Under the pieces are notes generated by a model. That model did not search any database. It was given only the letters and a program-made list of their open reading frames with translations, and was not told the DNA's origin. Position numbers and translations under genes: made by a program. From NCBI GenBank assembly GCA_030390025.1, contig JASTWF010000036.1:1488001-1552000 (forward strand): a stretch of 64,000 bases of DNA, in the 5' to 3' direction. Below, piece after piece: positions 46,501 to 59,430 of this stretch (the stretch's first letter is position 1; each line of letters begins with the position of its first letter). This stretch comes from Squalus acanthias. Its lineage: Eukaryota.

Positions 46501-49135
46501 GCCTCACTCCTTCCTCACTCCTTCCCCACCAGCCTCACTCCTGCCTCACTCCTGCCTCACTCTTTCCCCACCTGCCTCACTCCTGCCTCACTCCTTCCCC
46601 ACCTGCCTCACTCCTTCCCCACCTGCCTCACTCCTGCCTCACTCCTTCCCCACCTGCCTCACTCCTTTCCCACTCCTGCCTCACTCCTTCCTCACTCCTT
46701 CCCCACCTGCCTCACTCCTTCCCCACTCCTTTTCCATCTGCCTCACTCCTTCCTCACTCCTTCCCCACTCCTTCCTCACTCCTTCCCCTCCTGCCTCACT
46801 CCTTCCCCACTCCTGTCTCACTCCTGCCTCACTCCTTCCCCACCTGCCTCACTCCTTCCCCACTCCTTTCCCATCTGCCTCACTCCTTCCTCACTCCTTC
46901 CCCACTCCTTCCTCACTCCTTCCCCACTCCTTCCTCACTCCTTCCCCACTCCTTCCTCACTCCTTCCCCTCCTGCCTCACTCCTTCCCCACTCCTTCCTC
47001 ACTCCTTCCCCTCCTGCCTCACTCCTTCCTCACTCCTTTCCCATCTGCCTCACTCCTTCCTCACTCCTTCCCCACTCCTTCCTCACTCCTTCCCCACTCC
47101 TTCCCCTCCTGCCTCACTCCTTCCCCACTCCTTCCTCACTCCTTCCCCTCCTGCCTCACTCCTTCCTCACTCCTTCCCCACCTGCCTCACTCCTTCCCCA
47201 CCTGCCTCACTCCTTCCCCACCTGCATCACTCCTTCCCCTCCTGCCTCACTCCTTCCCCACCAGCCTCACTCCTTCCTCACTCCTTCCCCACCTGCCTCA
47301 CTCCTGCCTCACTCTTTCCCCACCTGCCTCACTCCTGCCTCACTGCTTCCCCACCTGCCTCACTCCTGCCTCACTCCTTCCCCACTCCTGCCTCACTCCT
47401 TCCCCACTCCTGCCTCACTCCTTCCCCACTCCTGCCTCACTCCTTCCCCACTCCTGCCTCACTCCTTCCCCACCTGCCTCACTCCTTCCCCACCTGCCTC
47501 ACTCCTTCCCCACCTGCCTCACTCCTTCTCCACTCCTGCCTCACTCCTGCCTCACTCCTTCCCCACCTGCCTCACTCCTTCCCCACTCCTGTCCCATCTG
47601 CCTCACTCCTGCCTCACTCCTTCCCCACCTGCCTCACTCCTTCTCCACTCCTGCCTCACTCCTGCCTCACTCCTTCCCCACCTGCCTCACTCCTTCCCCA
47701 CTCCTGCCTCACTCCTTCCCCACTCCTGCCTCACTCCTTCCCCACCTGCCTCACTCCTGCCTCACTCCTTCCCCACCTGCCTCACTCCTTCTCCACTCCT
47801 GCCTCACTCCTTCTCCACTCCTGCCTCACTCCTTCCCCACTCCTGCCTCACTCCTTCCCCACCTGCCTCACTCCTTCCCCACTCCTTTCCCATCTGCCTC
47901 ACTCCTGCCTCACTCCTTCCCCATCTGCCTCACTCCTGCCTCACTCCTTCCCCACCTGCCTCACTCCTTCTCCACTCCTGCCTCACTCCTTCCTCACTCC
48001 TGCCTCACTCCTTCCCCACCTGCCTCACCCCTTCCCCACTCCTTTCCCATCTGCCTCACTCCTTCCTCACTCATTTCCCATCTGCCTCACTCCTTCCCCT
48101 CCTGCCTCACTCCTTCCCCATCTGCCTCACTCCTTCCTCACTCCTTCCCCATCTGCCTCACTCCTTCCCCACCTGCCTCACTCCTTCCCCACCTGCCTCA
48201 CTCCTTCCCCATCTGCCTCACTCCTTCCTCACTCCTTCCCCACCTGCCTCACTCCTTCCTCACTCCTTCCTCACTCCTTTCTCACTCCTTTCTCACTCCT
48301 TCCCCAACTCCTCACTCCTGCCTCACTCCTTCCCCATCTGCCTCACTCCTTCCTCACTCCTTCCCCACTTTCCTCACTCCTTCCCCACCTTCCTCACCAC
48401 CTTCCTCACTCCTTCCCCACCTGCCTCACTTCTTCCTCACTCCTTCCCCACCTGCCTCACTTCTTCCTCACTCCTTCCCCACCTGCCTCACTTCTTCCTC
48501 ACTCCTTCCCCACCTGCCTCACTTCTTCCTCACTCCTTCCCCACCTGCCTCACTCCTTCCTCACTCCTTCCCCACCTGCCTCACTTCTTCCTCACTCCTT
48601 CCCCACCTGCCTCACTTCTTCCTCACTCCTTCCCCACCTGCCTCACTCCTTCCTCACCTACCTCACTCCTTCCTCACTCCTTCCCCACCTGCCTCACTCC
48701 TTCCTCACTCCTTCCCCACCTACCTCACTCCTTCCTCACTCCTTCCCCACCTGCCTCACTCCTTCCTCACTCCTTCCCCACTCCTTCCCCACCTGCCTCA
48801 CTCCTTCCTCACTCCTTCCCCACCTGCCTCACTCCTTTCACACTCCTTCCCCACCTGCCTCACTCCTTCCCCAACTTCCTCACTCCTTCCTCACCTGCCT
48901 CACTCCTTCCCCAACTTCCCCACTCCTTCCCTACCTGCCTCACTCCTTCCTCACTTCTTCCTCACTCCTTCCCTACCTTCCTCACTCCTTCCTCACTCCT
49001 TCCCCTCCTGCCTCACTCCTTCCTCACCTGCCTCACTTCATCCTCACTCCTCCCTCACTCGTGGCTCACTCCTTCCCCTCCTGCCTCACTCCTTCCCCAA
49101 TCCCTCACCACCTGCCTCACTCCTTCCCTACCTGC
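40525..49135. repeat. 8.6-kb pyrimidine-rich complex satellite built from 11-bp and 9-bp modules
   Basis: Modules CCTCACTCCTT / CCTCACTCCTG (11 bp) and CCCCACCTG / CCCCACCAG (9 bp); commonest unit is the 20-mer CCTCACTCCTTCCCCACCTG. Confidence 0.98.
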
Positions 49136-49513
49136 CGTGTTGCCATTCCTTAATCGAGCTTCTAGGCTAGCCTTTTATGACTTCTTCCACCCACCATCCA
49201 GCGCAGGTCCAGCAGTGTGATCTCGCACCCTGGACCCAGCTCCCCTCTTCTTCCCTGCTTCCTGATGCTCGCCTGAGGAGCGGCAATTTGTTTTAGAAGG
49301 ACTATAAAAGTAAAACGTCAGCGTTTGTGTTCGGAACCAGCTTTACAAAAGGGTTCTGAGTGGAATTGGTGTATGAGCCTCAGGCCTTACCCTAATCCCA
49401 CCCCACACCTTTGCCTCTCTCTCCTAACCCCTCCCAGGCCTCATCAATCCTTCCTGAATCGGCACCCCGCCTTCTACTCTTCCAACAACAGCAACCTACC
49501 ACCTTACATCGCT

Positions 49514-49830
49514 ACAACAACATGCATTTATATAGCGCCCTTAATGTAGTAAAATGTCCCAAGGTGCTTCACAGGAGCGTTATCAAACAAAATTTTGATT
49601 GAGCCACATAAGGAGATATTAGGACAGGTGAACAAAAGCTTGGTCAAAGAGGGAGGTTTTAAGGAGTGTCTTAAAGGAGGAGAGAGTGAGAGGTTTAGGG
49701 AGGGAATTCCAGAGCTTAGGACCCAGGCAGCTGAAGGCACGGTCGCCAATGGTGGAGCGATTAAAATCAGGGATGCTCAAGAGGTCGGAATTGGAGGAGT
49801 GCAGAGATCTCGGAGGGTTGCAGGGCCTGG
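49514..49830 (-). mobile_element. L2 LINE 3' end
   Basis: IGDRAFSCLGPKLWNSLP...FKTLLKTSLF in ORF 49619-49954; L2 tail. Confidence 0.9.
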
Positions 49831-49939
49831 ATCCCTCCCCACCACTGTCATTGAACCCACCACTTGCCACCCATAAACCAGAAAAGGACAGAGAATATGG
49901 TGGCAATGAAGAGAAATAGAGAACCAGGTGACAATAGAT

Positions 49940-50097
49940 AACCATTACTGACACTAGCTTTTTATTCCAGATTTATTTAATTAACTGAATTCAAATTCTC
50001 CAACTGCCATGGTGGGTATCTGAACTCATATTTCTGGATCATTAGTCCAGGCCTCTGGATTACTAGTCCAGTAACATAACCACTGTGCTGCCATACC
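49940..50097 (-). mobile_element. tRNA-derived SINE head (same family as 3391-3590)
   Basis: Minus strand TGGCAGCACAGTGG (A-box-like)...GAGTTCAGATACC (B-box-like)...AAATCTGGAATAAAAAGCTAG. Confidence 0.7.
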
Positions 50098-50101
50098 CCT
50101 A

Positions 50102-50260
50102 GGTGCAGCATCACAAAATGGTGCAGCATCACAAAATGATACAGCATAGAAGGAGGCCATTCGGCCCATGGTGCCTGTGCCGGCTCTTTGGTAGAGCTAT
50201 CCAATTAGTCCCACTCCCCCTGCTCTTTCCTCATAGCCTTTCGAATATTTCTCCTTCAGT
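50102..50260 (-). mobile_element. CR1 3' tail with an 18-bp tandem terminal repeat
   Basis: GGTGCAGCATCACAAAAT x2, then GATACAGCATAGAAGGAGGCCATTCGGCCCAT. Confidence 0.75.
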
Positions 50261-51009
50261 TATCCCTCCCGTAATGGAAGGGGTCTTCAATCTGGCTTGA
50301 ATCAAATTTGAAAACACTGTTTTTGCAAATCGGGACACTATATCTTCAAATATCGCACATGACAACTTATATATAACTCTGGCCGAATTCTTACCGGGGA
50401 TCCAGATCAGGATCTGTTCTGTCCCCTCGTGCATCCACCATGCCCATGTTTGGTTGACTTGATGTCAAATGGATGAATGAATTATTTACTATTCTGTTAC
50501 TGTAAGCCGCCTCATCAGGTAATCAGCTATTATTCATTCATAAGCACAATCACAGCTCAAAGGCAAAGCAGTGACTGTGCACTGAATAAATTCTTCACAT
50601 CCCTAACCCTCCACCACCACCACAAAAAATGTAAATTCGCCTAAAAAAAAAATGAAACGATTGACCCCGAAGAACAAAGTTACGGCAAAGAGTTACAATC
50701 CCGTCTTGTTCAGTCTTGCCTTGCAATGGGTTTCAGCACTGATGGATGTAGAGGGACGTTGGAGTGGCAGAGCTCACTAATCTCTCAAGGGCATCACAGC
50801 TGTGTGGAGAAGCCTCACTGGCGAAAAGGTGTTCATTTATCTTTATTTACCTAAAGCCTGTCAGCTGGGTGCTTTCAGATTAATGTTTTTCTAAATGAAA
50901 CCCAAAGGAAAAAAAAGACAAATCTGTTTTTATTATCACATTCTTGTGTCCTTTGAACAATCTGCCTTTGCATCAGCTGAACAATGAGTCAAAGATTTTT
51001 TTTCCCGTT

Positions 51010-51240
51010 TCTTTGTGGGCCCGATTCTCTCCCCTTTCTTCTGTGCTAAGAGCCCAGACAGCCTATTCCACCATGGGCGGTGGGGGGGGGGGCGGCAATC
51101 ACACTCCAGCCAGATCCTGTCTTTAGCCACTGTCTACTCACAGTAGGGTCATCAGGAACACTGGCGAATTTCCCTCCTCTATAGCCCAGGGGCCATTTGT
51201 AGCACTCCTACTTCCAGCTGAGGCCAAGTATCTCGGATTA
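51010..51240 (-). mobile_element. Diverged copy of the third SINE family
   Basis: TTTCCCTCCTCTATAGCCCAGGGG is the approximate reverse complement of CCCCTGGGCTAGAGAGGGGAAA at ~57536. Confidence 0.45.
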
Positions 51241-51926
51241 TGGCGGCAGTCTATCTGTAATGACCTTAAACACCTTGCAGTCGATTTTCCTCAAGATTAA
51301 AGCAGGTGACGTAAGACAACTACTAGGCACTTGGTCTAAGCGTTAAACAAAGCTTTAATCAACTGTTTTTCAACATGGAGGTCTGGTTGAGTCCTTCACT
51401 AGTACCTGTTGAGGAATGTCCAAAGCAAGCTGGGCCCATGCCCGAGTATTTATACTCTCCCTGGACAGCGCCATCAGCAGGCCGCCCAGTATTACTTCAT
51501 ACATGAATGACAAGATTCATGTCAGCAGGGTTGGAGCGTATAAAGAACAAAAGAAAGACTTGCATTTCTACAGCGGCTTTCACAACCTCAGGACGTCCCA
51601 AAGCGCTTTACAGCCAATGAAGTACTTTTTGAAGTGTAATCACTGCTGTAATGTAGGAAACGCGGCAGCCAATTTGCGCACAGCAAGCTCCCACAAACAG
51701 CAATGTGATAATGACCAGATCATCTGTTTTTAGTGATGTTGATTGAGGGATAAATATTGGCCAGGAGAGAACTCCCCTGCTCTTCTTTGAAATAGTGCCA
51801 TGGGATCTCCACCTTAGAGAGCAGACGGGGCCTCGGTTTAACGTGTCATCCGAAAGACGGCACCTCCGACAGTGCAGCGCTCCCTCAGTACTGCACTGGA
51901 GTGTCAGCCTAGCTTTTTGTGTTCAA

Positions 51927-53861
51927 GGGCTGGATTTTAAGGAGTAAGGCGAGTTGGGGGCAGCGGGGGAGCAGTGATGGAGGGCGGCTCTGAGGCGGTC
52001 GGGAAAACTGAATTTAACGGCAGGGCCTGATTTGCATGCGAGGCCTCAGTTTCCCGAGAAGATCGCCGACATCGTGGGACCAGTGGGGGTGGGAGAGAAG
52101 ATCGAAGTCATCGAGGGACCAAGTGGGGTGCGGGGGGGGGGGAGCGTGGTGGGTGGAGAAGATCAGGGACATCGAGGGATGGGGTGGAGACGATCGGGGA
52201 TATCGAGGGACGGGGGGAGAAGATCGGGGATATCGAGGGACGGGGGGAGAAGATCGGGGATATCGAGGGACAGGGGGGAGATGATCGGGGATATCGAGGG
52301 ACGGGGGGAGAAGATCGGGGATATCGAGGGACGGGGGGGGAGAAGATCGGGGATATCGAGGGACGGGGGGAGAAGATCGGGGATATCGAGGGACGGGGGG
52401 AGAAGATCGGGGATATCGAGGGACGGGGGGGAGAAGATCACATCGGGGATATCGAGGGACGGGGGGGAGAAGATCGGGGATATCGAGGGACGGGGGGTGG
52501 AGACGATCGGGGATATCAAGGGACGGGTGGAGACGATCGGGGATATCGAGGGACAGGGGGGAGACGATCGGAGATATCGAAGGACGGGGTGGAGACGATC
52601 GGGGATATCGAGGGACGGGGTGGTGAAGATCAGGGATATCGAGGGACGGGGTGGAGACGATCGGGGATATCGAGGGACGGGGGGAGACGATCGGGGATAT
52701 CGAGGGACGGGGGGAGACGATCGGGGATATCGAGGGACGGGGGGAGAAGATCAGGGATATCGAGGGACGGGGAGTGGAGAAGATCGGGGATATCGAGGGA
52801 TGGGGGGAGACGATCAGGGATATCAAGGGACGGGGGGAGAAGATCGGGGATATCGAGGGATGGGGGGAGACGATCGGGGATATCGAGGGACGGGGTGGAG
52901 ACGATCAGGGATATCGAGGGATGGGGGGAGACGATCGGGGATATCGAGGGACGGGGTGGAGACGATCAGGGATATCGAGGGATGGGGGAGACGATCGGGG
53001 ATATCGAGGGATGGGGGGAGACGATCGGGGATATCGAGGGACGGGGTGGAGATGATCAGGGATATCGAGGGATGGGGGGAGACGATCGGGGATATCGAGG
53101 GATGGGGAGGAGACGATCAGGGATATCGAGGGACGGGGAGTGGAGAAGATCGGGGATATCGAGGGACGGGGGGAGAAGATCGGGGATATCGAGGGATGGG
53201 GGGGAGAAGATCGGGGATATCGAGGGACGGGGTGGAGACGATCGGGGATATCGAGGGACGGGGGGGAGAAGATCGGGGATATCGAGGGACGGGGGGGAGA
53301 AGATCGGGGATATCGAGGGACGGGGGGGTGGAGGAAGATCACATCGGGGCCAGCCACCAGAGGATTGTGGTTGGCCTGATGCTGCTGGGGGGACAGGGGA
53401 GGAAGTTCGGATCCAGTCACCGGAAGCTCGGGGCCGGCCTCAGGATGATCGTGGGGGCTGGGCAGGTCCGGGAAGGCGATTGGGGGCCTCGTGAGGGGGT
53501 CTACGATCTCGGGGGGTGGGTTGGGTAGGAACCCTGGATCCAGGAGTTAGGTATAAAGGCACTTACCTCCTGGATCCCGCTGTCCCTGCCTTGTTTTACG
53601 AGTTGTGTAAAACCCGTCCAAATGCCGTTTAAAAACAAAATGGAGGGTAAAAAAGAGTAATCATTGTAATATTTAAATTGACGTCCCGCCTCCTGGGAGT
53701 GGGTTGGTCGCCCGCGCCCCCCCCACACTCCCGACCCGCCTCTGTTAAAACCTGAAGTGGGCGGTTTGGGGGTGGATTCAGCTCGGGAATCCGATTTTTA
53801 ACAATTTATCTGTCCCCATGCACCAAACCCAACCGTTTTTTAATGTTAAAATTCCCCCCCC
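51927..53861. mobile_element. Harbinger-like non-autonomous element carrying an internal minisatellite
   Basis: Ends GGGCTGGATTTTAA / TTAAAATTCCCCCC; cleanly interrupts a SINE; approximate 3-bp TSD AAG/CAG. Confidence 0.7.
52165..53345. repeat. G-rich ~30-bp minisatellite, ~39 copies
   Basis: Unit GGGGATATCGAGGGACGGGGGGAGAAGATC with variants GGGGTGGAGACGATC and variable G-run length. Confidence 0.97.
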
Positions 53862-54847
53862 ACCAGTCTCTGGAGTGGAACGTGAACTCAGAACCTTCTG
53901 ATTGAGAGGCGAGTATACAGGAAATTCGGGTGGGGAGGATCACATGCCCGTAACTCAGCCCACTCGATTTTCCGTTCATTAATCGGGCGGGCTCAATGAA
54001 ATCCGCCCGATTTTCCTGCACACACTTTACCCACGGGAGGCTTTCTGCCCACGTACTGCAGAGGAAACTCTGCCCCCTTGCGTTCCAGAATGGACGAAGC
54101 AAGAGAAAGACGGACTGAACTGTTCGGCTCACCGCGGAAGTGTCGCATGCACAACTGAATGGCTGTACAGAATTTGTTTAAACATACAGGCGCTAGTTGG
54201 ACTGGGAGAAACTAAAAATAGTACATTACAGGGCAATTATGCACCAAAATAGGCAGGGCAATCAGCAAGATCAGTGAGCTTAAATACTGTGCAGGCCTCA
54301 GGAAAAACAAATGACCAGAAATGACTGCAATCTCTGTGGGTCGTGGTTTTTGCATTGGTTCTGATGGCTATAGTTCCAGGGAGTTGGAGCTGCTAATATT
54401 CTTGTTATGCTTGGTTCATTGGATTGTTTGTGCGTTACATCAAATACTTGGGAAATAGCTTTTTAATCACTTGATTATTAATATTCTACAGCTGTAGCTC
54501 ATTAAAACTTAATAACGGCAGGAAAGTGACAATGGCACCCCAGAGTACAGCCAATCAGAGGCTGCGTGTGATTTAGTGGCACAATGATTATTCAAATACT
54601 TAATGGAGAATTGATTTTTAAACACTTCAGTGCCTGGTTTCAAGGGAATTTTGTTCTTTAAAAAAAATCTTCAGAAGAGGAAATTAAGCCTTAGTTCAAA
54701 TTGAAGGCGAGCTAACAGCATTTACCATTTTAAAATCATCCGAGTTATTATTGCATTTTCCGGCATGCAGTCATTGCATTTCAAAACAATTCACTGCATC
54801 TCACACTTCTGAAACATTTCACTCTGACGAGGTGCTATATAAAAGGA

Positions 54848-55265
54848 ACAGCAACAACAACTTGTATTTATTCAGCGCATTTAACGCAGCAAAACGTCCC
54901 AGGGCGCTTCACAGGAGCGAGATCAATAAAAACATTTTGACAGCGAGCCACATAAGGAGATATCAGGACAGGTGACCAAAAGCTTGGTCAAAGAGGTAGG
55001 TTTTAAGGAGCATCTTAAAGGAGGAGAGAGAGGTAGAGAAACGGAAAGATTTAGGGAGGGAATTCCAGAGCCTAGGCAACAGAAGGCACGGCCGCCAATG
55101 GTGGAGCGATTAAAATCGGGATGCGCAAGAAGCCAGAATTGGAGGAGCGCAGAGATCTCGAAGGCTTGTAGGGCTGGAGGAGGTTAGAGAGATAGGGAGG
55201 GGTGAGGTCATGGAGGGATTTGAAAACAACATTGAGAATTTTAAAATTGAGGCGTTGTCGGACCG
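54848..55265 (-). mobile_element. L2 LINE 3' end, followed by a DeuSINE tail at 55283-55388
   Basis: Same family as 38127-38443, extending further 5' (GGAGGGATTTGAAAAC...TTTTAAAATTGAGGCGTTG). Confidence 0.88.
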
Positions 55266-56629
55266 TATTTTAAAGGAAAAGGGCTTGCATTTCTATAGCG
55301 CCTTTCACAACCTCAGGACGCCCCAAAGCGCTTTACATCCATTGAAGTACTTTTGAAGTGTCGTCACTGTTGTAATGTAGGGAAACACCAAATATTACTG
55401 TTTAAAATTATTATGAGCATTATTGTGAGTTTACCAGGCCCTAAAGTGCTCGGACAGTGCCAAGGGTGAAAAGAGAAGGAGAGAGGATGAGGTAATGGTT
55501 TGCTGATTCGAATATTGAGAGGGAGTAGATAGTGGTAGAGGGAGAGACAGGGTAAAACAGGATCTGGGACTATCTCAGGACACTGAACATCTTTTGGATT
55601 TAACAGTCTCTATGACAGAGATACTGATTGTCCACTTTTTTTTGGAAGATGTGGCCATAGACGCTTTGATTTTATCTTAGCTACAGTTTGGAAATCAGTC
55701 ATAGACTTTGGCTTCCTGCCAGGCATCTGCTGTAGAAAAGGATTGCAGAGCGGAAAATCCTACGTGTAAATTGAGAGACAATAAATGGATCTGTTGTTCA
55801 CCCAAGGCATGTCATCCCAGATTACTCTGCACCCAAAATCTCCCTTCAGTGGGCGCTAACCTTTGTGTTGGGCATAAGAACAAGTATCTGGAGAAGCCCC
55901 ATTCATAACAGTGGAAACAGGTACATTGCGGAGAAGCCACTCCACAACGAGGACTATCCCTATCTTCAAATGTTATGATGCTAATTGAAGCACAAGTATT
56001 TGGCATCACAGCCGGTTCAATGCAGACAATGCCCATACTGTCACATTACTGTGTGGAGGTACAGAGCCAACGCCAATTACCTGCCCATTTTGGAGGAACA
56101 GCCGTCTCTGTGCCACTTGGTAGCCTGGTAAAGTGTACCGTTGGTGGAGGCCCAGGAGAACGTTGCTTGACTACCCTCTGTGGCACAAGTGGTGCATGGC
56201 CTAGGGACCAGAGGAAAGGGACAGTTAAAAAGGACCCTTTTTTAAAAATTGCTGTAACTGGGAACAGTAATATTTTGTTTGTGTCCTTCCATTCCACATG
56301 AGGGGTGGCTTTATGTGGAGGAGAAGTCACCTCGCAGCGAGGACCATCCATTTTGTAGGAGGCCACTCTTGAAGTGCTGCTTAGGCTCAGCTACCAGCCC
56401 AATTGGGCACAGGTGGCATGTGACACAAGAAGGCCCAGGAAAGAGAGGAAGAGAAATACCTTTTTAAAAAAAGGACAGAGGCTCTCACTAAAAAAAATAA
56501 GTAACATGCCAGCCTGAAGTAAAATGCATTGAACAAAACTGGTGTATTTGCCAATAAGCCCAAAATGGTACTGTCAAGTTACTTTGAATTTTGAATTCAA
56601 TTCATTTCCAGGAACTATTAGTTTGGAAC

Positions 56630-56815
56630 CATGCAGTGAAATAGTCCTTTCATTACTGGAACCTGGGTTCAAATCCAGCCAGCAAATTGGTTGAAAGTAT
56701 CTTCTCTTTAACGACCATTAGAGGTTTTAAGTAAGATGGATCTGGGAAGCCTAAATCTAGTTCTCAGTGGATATGAGTCCACAGCACTAAATTGCCCATA
56801 ATTACTGGGTACTTT
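56630..56815 (+). mobile_element. LF-SINE-like fragment
   Basis: CCTTTCA...CTGGGTTCAAATCCAGCC...GAAAGT...CTAGTTCTCAGTGGAT...GTCCACAGCAC closely follows the recalled LF-SINE consensus. Confidence 0.6.
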
Positions 56816-57389
56816 TACTCGGGCCAAATGAACGGATAGTGTGACATTTCATTATTTTTTTTTGTACGTTGATGCAGTCTAGGTTGCTGCACTCAGCTTT
56901 GAATCGGGACTGTGTAAAAGAGCGGCACACTGTCATTAATGCCTGCTATACCTCCCCCGCAAACTGACCGATGCTGTCGCGGAGAGGAAGGGCGCTTGTA
57001 GTAAATGAAGTAAGGCAAAAGCTACATTAGTGTTATAGATCACATGGAGAGGGCCTTTCAGCCCCATTGATTCTCGTCCTTCCAGGATACCAATCCTGTA
57101 GAACTCCTCCTGTTATAGTCTAGATTATTGACAGTTGACTAATTCCTCTGTTAAGGGATGGCTCCCAGTGCCATCTCATAATTCAGTGAGGGTGGCAGTG
57201 ATTCTAGATGATGCAGACAGATGTGTTGATTCACTCCCTGTGGCAGAATGTATTCAAACACTGAAGAAAGGAAAGAGTGCAAGTGAAAAATGGAACATCT
57301 TCACTGAGCAGCCATTTTGAGTACCGAGCTTTCTCTGAAATAGTCGCAGGTCAACTTAGAAGTCTCTGGAATGCTACTTTTGGAGATTA

Positions 57390-57790
57390 CCCGGATAGCT
57401 CAGTTGGCAAATGTACTGCTCAGTGTGGAACTGAGTCGCACAGGCCAGGAAGGCCCTAGGTTCAATCCCTGGTCTGTGCCAAGTTGGCTAATCTCAGCGG
57501 AGGCATGTTAGGGGGTACTACAATTGGCCTCAGCACCCCTGGGCTAGAGAGGGGAAAACCAGCCAGGGTCCTGCTCCTGATCACTAGTCAGTAGTTCCCT
57601 TCTGGAACACACACATGTGTATGTTGCTCAAGATGGGATCGGACTCAGCTGCGATGCTTCTCAAATTTGAATACCCTGCCAGCATTCCATATCGAGACTC
57701 GCATGTGACAAATGGCTACTTAAGCGAGCTATGGAGGTGGCTAGCACTCGTGGAACTGTACTCCAACACCTTCATGGGAGGCAGAGGAAA
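57390..57790 (+). mobile_element. tRNA-headed SINE, third family, best copy
   Basis: A box TAGCTCAGTTGG, B box GGTTCAATCCC; body homologous to 23445-23800. Confidence 0.75.
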
Positions 57791-59084
57791 TAAAATATAT
57801 ATCTTCTATCTGCGTGCACGTCCTCTCCAGCTTCCTGCTGTCTCGATTTGTGGTGCACTCTTTTCTATCAACATTTTACATCGAAGCTGCCTCTGTAAAC
57901 ATTTAGAATTGAAATCCTGTATGTAAACAGTTGCCTGTAATGGGGTAGTAACAGGTTCTGGTCACTGGGTGGTGCTGTGGAGCAGGTTCCTGAGGTGACC
58001 CTCCCAATTCCGTCACCATCTTGTATCTAAAAAAGCTTTGATTCATCAACTCATCATGGACCCGGTCACGGGAAACTTACTAGTATTTTAAAACATTTCA
58101 AATGAATATAGTTCAACAGATTCATTGCGGAAGATAGACTGTTACTGTTGAAAGAGTGATGCAAGAAGCCTACCTCTGATTTTTTTTAGACTGGACTGTA
58201 AATCTTGCTTCACTGCAGAAATGTCTAGACACTTTGTGATCATATCATGATCAATACTGCTGTCCTGGTGTCTTTCAGGTTTGTTCACTGTCAAATTGAC
58301 TGCCTTGCAATTCTGCTTTGTGCTGCAGGATTACAATGTGCAGTTTAATCCTGGTAAATGCTTAACTCGTTTGCCAAGAAGCGTTATGCTTGAATCAGAA
58401 TTGTGAATGAATCGGGATTTCTATAAAACAGAGATAAAAAGCCAATTTGCTAATCATTCTACCACAGCCAATTTAATCATTCATTTCAATCCAACCACCA
58501 TGAGCAGAGAACATTGAACAAAACTTCTGTTTGTACAAAATCATCAGATTTCTAAAACATGCTGCTTCAATGTGATGAATAGGAACAACGAGAGGATTTT
58601 GGAGCATTTTGTGCCAGTATCAGGGTTATATCGGATCTGAATTCCGAACAATGAAAGGAAGTGGTTTGTTATGCTGGGATTCCACACAATGGGGTTTGAA
58701 AGAATCGTGTTTCAGTATCGGAATGATATATAATGGTAGTCAGTAAGGAGTGGTTTGACATACTGGGGTTCTACCACAAAAGGAGTGAATCGGGAGTGGC
58801 TTGGTCCGTTCAATTCGACTCTAATGTGAGTGAATGGAAAGTGATATATTCAATGTGACCTTTCACAATGGGGCTCAGTATCAAGTGCGACCATATATTA
58901 TGGGAATGTGAGTGAATGAGGACTAGTTGGGTACATTGTGAGTATATGCAATGGGAATTATGGAAAATACTTGGCTCTTTTCAGATTCCATGCATAGATG
59001 AGAATTATCGGAACACCGTACCATAATGAGGTCATCCTGTCCTTGGAGGGAGTATAAAGGACAACGAAGTGAATAAAATGGGAT

Positions 59085-59430
59085 TGGACATCAGGAGTTA
59101 TCAGGAAAGCCGAAGGGTACTAGGGGTGTTTACATTGGAAACACACAGGTTAGAGGTGACCTTCTTGAGGTCTTTGAGATCTTCAAAGGATAGATAAACT
59201 GGATCCCTGAATGATCAATATTAACACAAAGGGACAGGGGTTCAAACTTAGATGAGAAAAGGTGAACACATAGATACAACAGAACTTCTTCACACACAGG
59301 GTGGTAAACGTGGAAAAAAACTATTCAGGGAGGAAGTGGAAGCAGAGGACGTAATGCTTTTCATGAGGGTAGGAGATAAATTTTGGTTGGCAAGACGGTT
59401 GTAGAGTATCAGAGGTAAAGTGGGGTAAGA
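59085..59430 (+). mobile_element. Ancient CR1 3' fragment
   Basis: AGGTTAGAGGTGACCTTCTTGAGGTCTTT (RLRGDLLEVF-like) and AACTTCTTCACACACAGGGTGGTAAACGTGG (NFFTHRVVN). Confidence 0.7.

Larger units (their letters stand above)
51548..53915 (-). mobile_element. DeuSINE split by a MITE (51548-51926 and 53864-53915)
   Basis: Tail and core run to ...GTGTTCAAG; the head resumes CAGTCTCTGGAGTGGAACGTGAACTCAGAACCTTCTGATTGAGAGGCGAG. Confidence 0.88.

Noticed and set aside
40525..49135. Immunoglobulin switch region or functional Chi array
   Set aside because: No AGCT/GAGCT hotspot repeats and no Ig exons nearby. Chi acts through bacterial RecBCD, so the match is only a sequence resemblance.
40410..49220. 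2936-aa and 1464-aa Pro/Ser/Leu/His ORFs as an extensin- or mucin-like gene
   Set aside because: The plus strand of the satellite almost never has TAA, TAG or TGA, so frames stay open by composition. The 11- and 20-bp modules cycle the same peptides through all frames, which argues against selection on one protein.
52014..53528. Overlapping RG-rich and PR-rich ORFs of 118-498 aa
   Set aside because: Translations of the 30-bp minisatellite on both strands, with G-run indels that switch frames.
58600..59050. Loosely recurring CAATGGGG and GTGAGTGAAT words
   Set aside because: No consistent period could be established by eye; possibly a decayed tandem repeat, but too weak to call.
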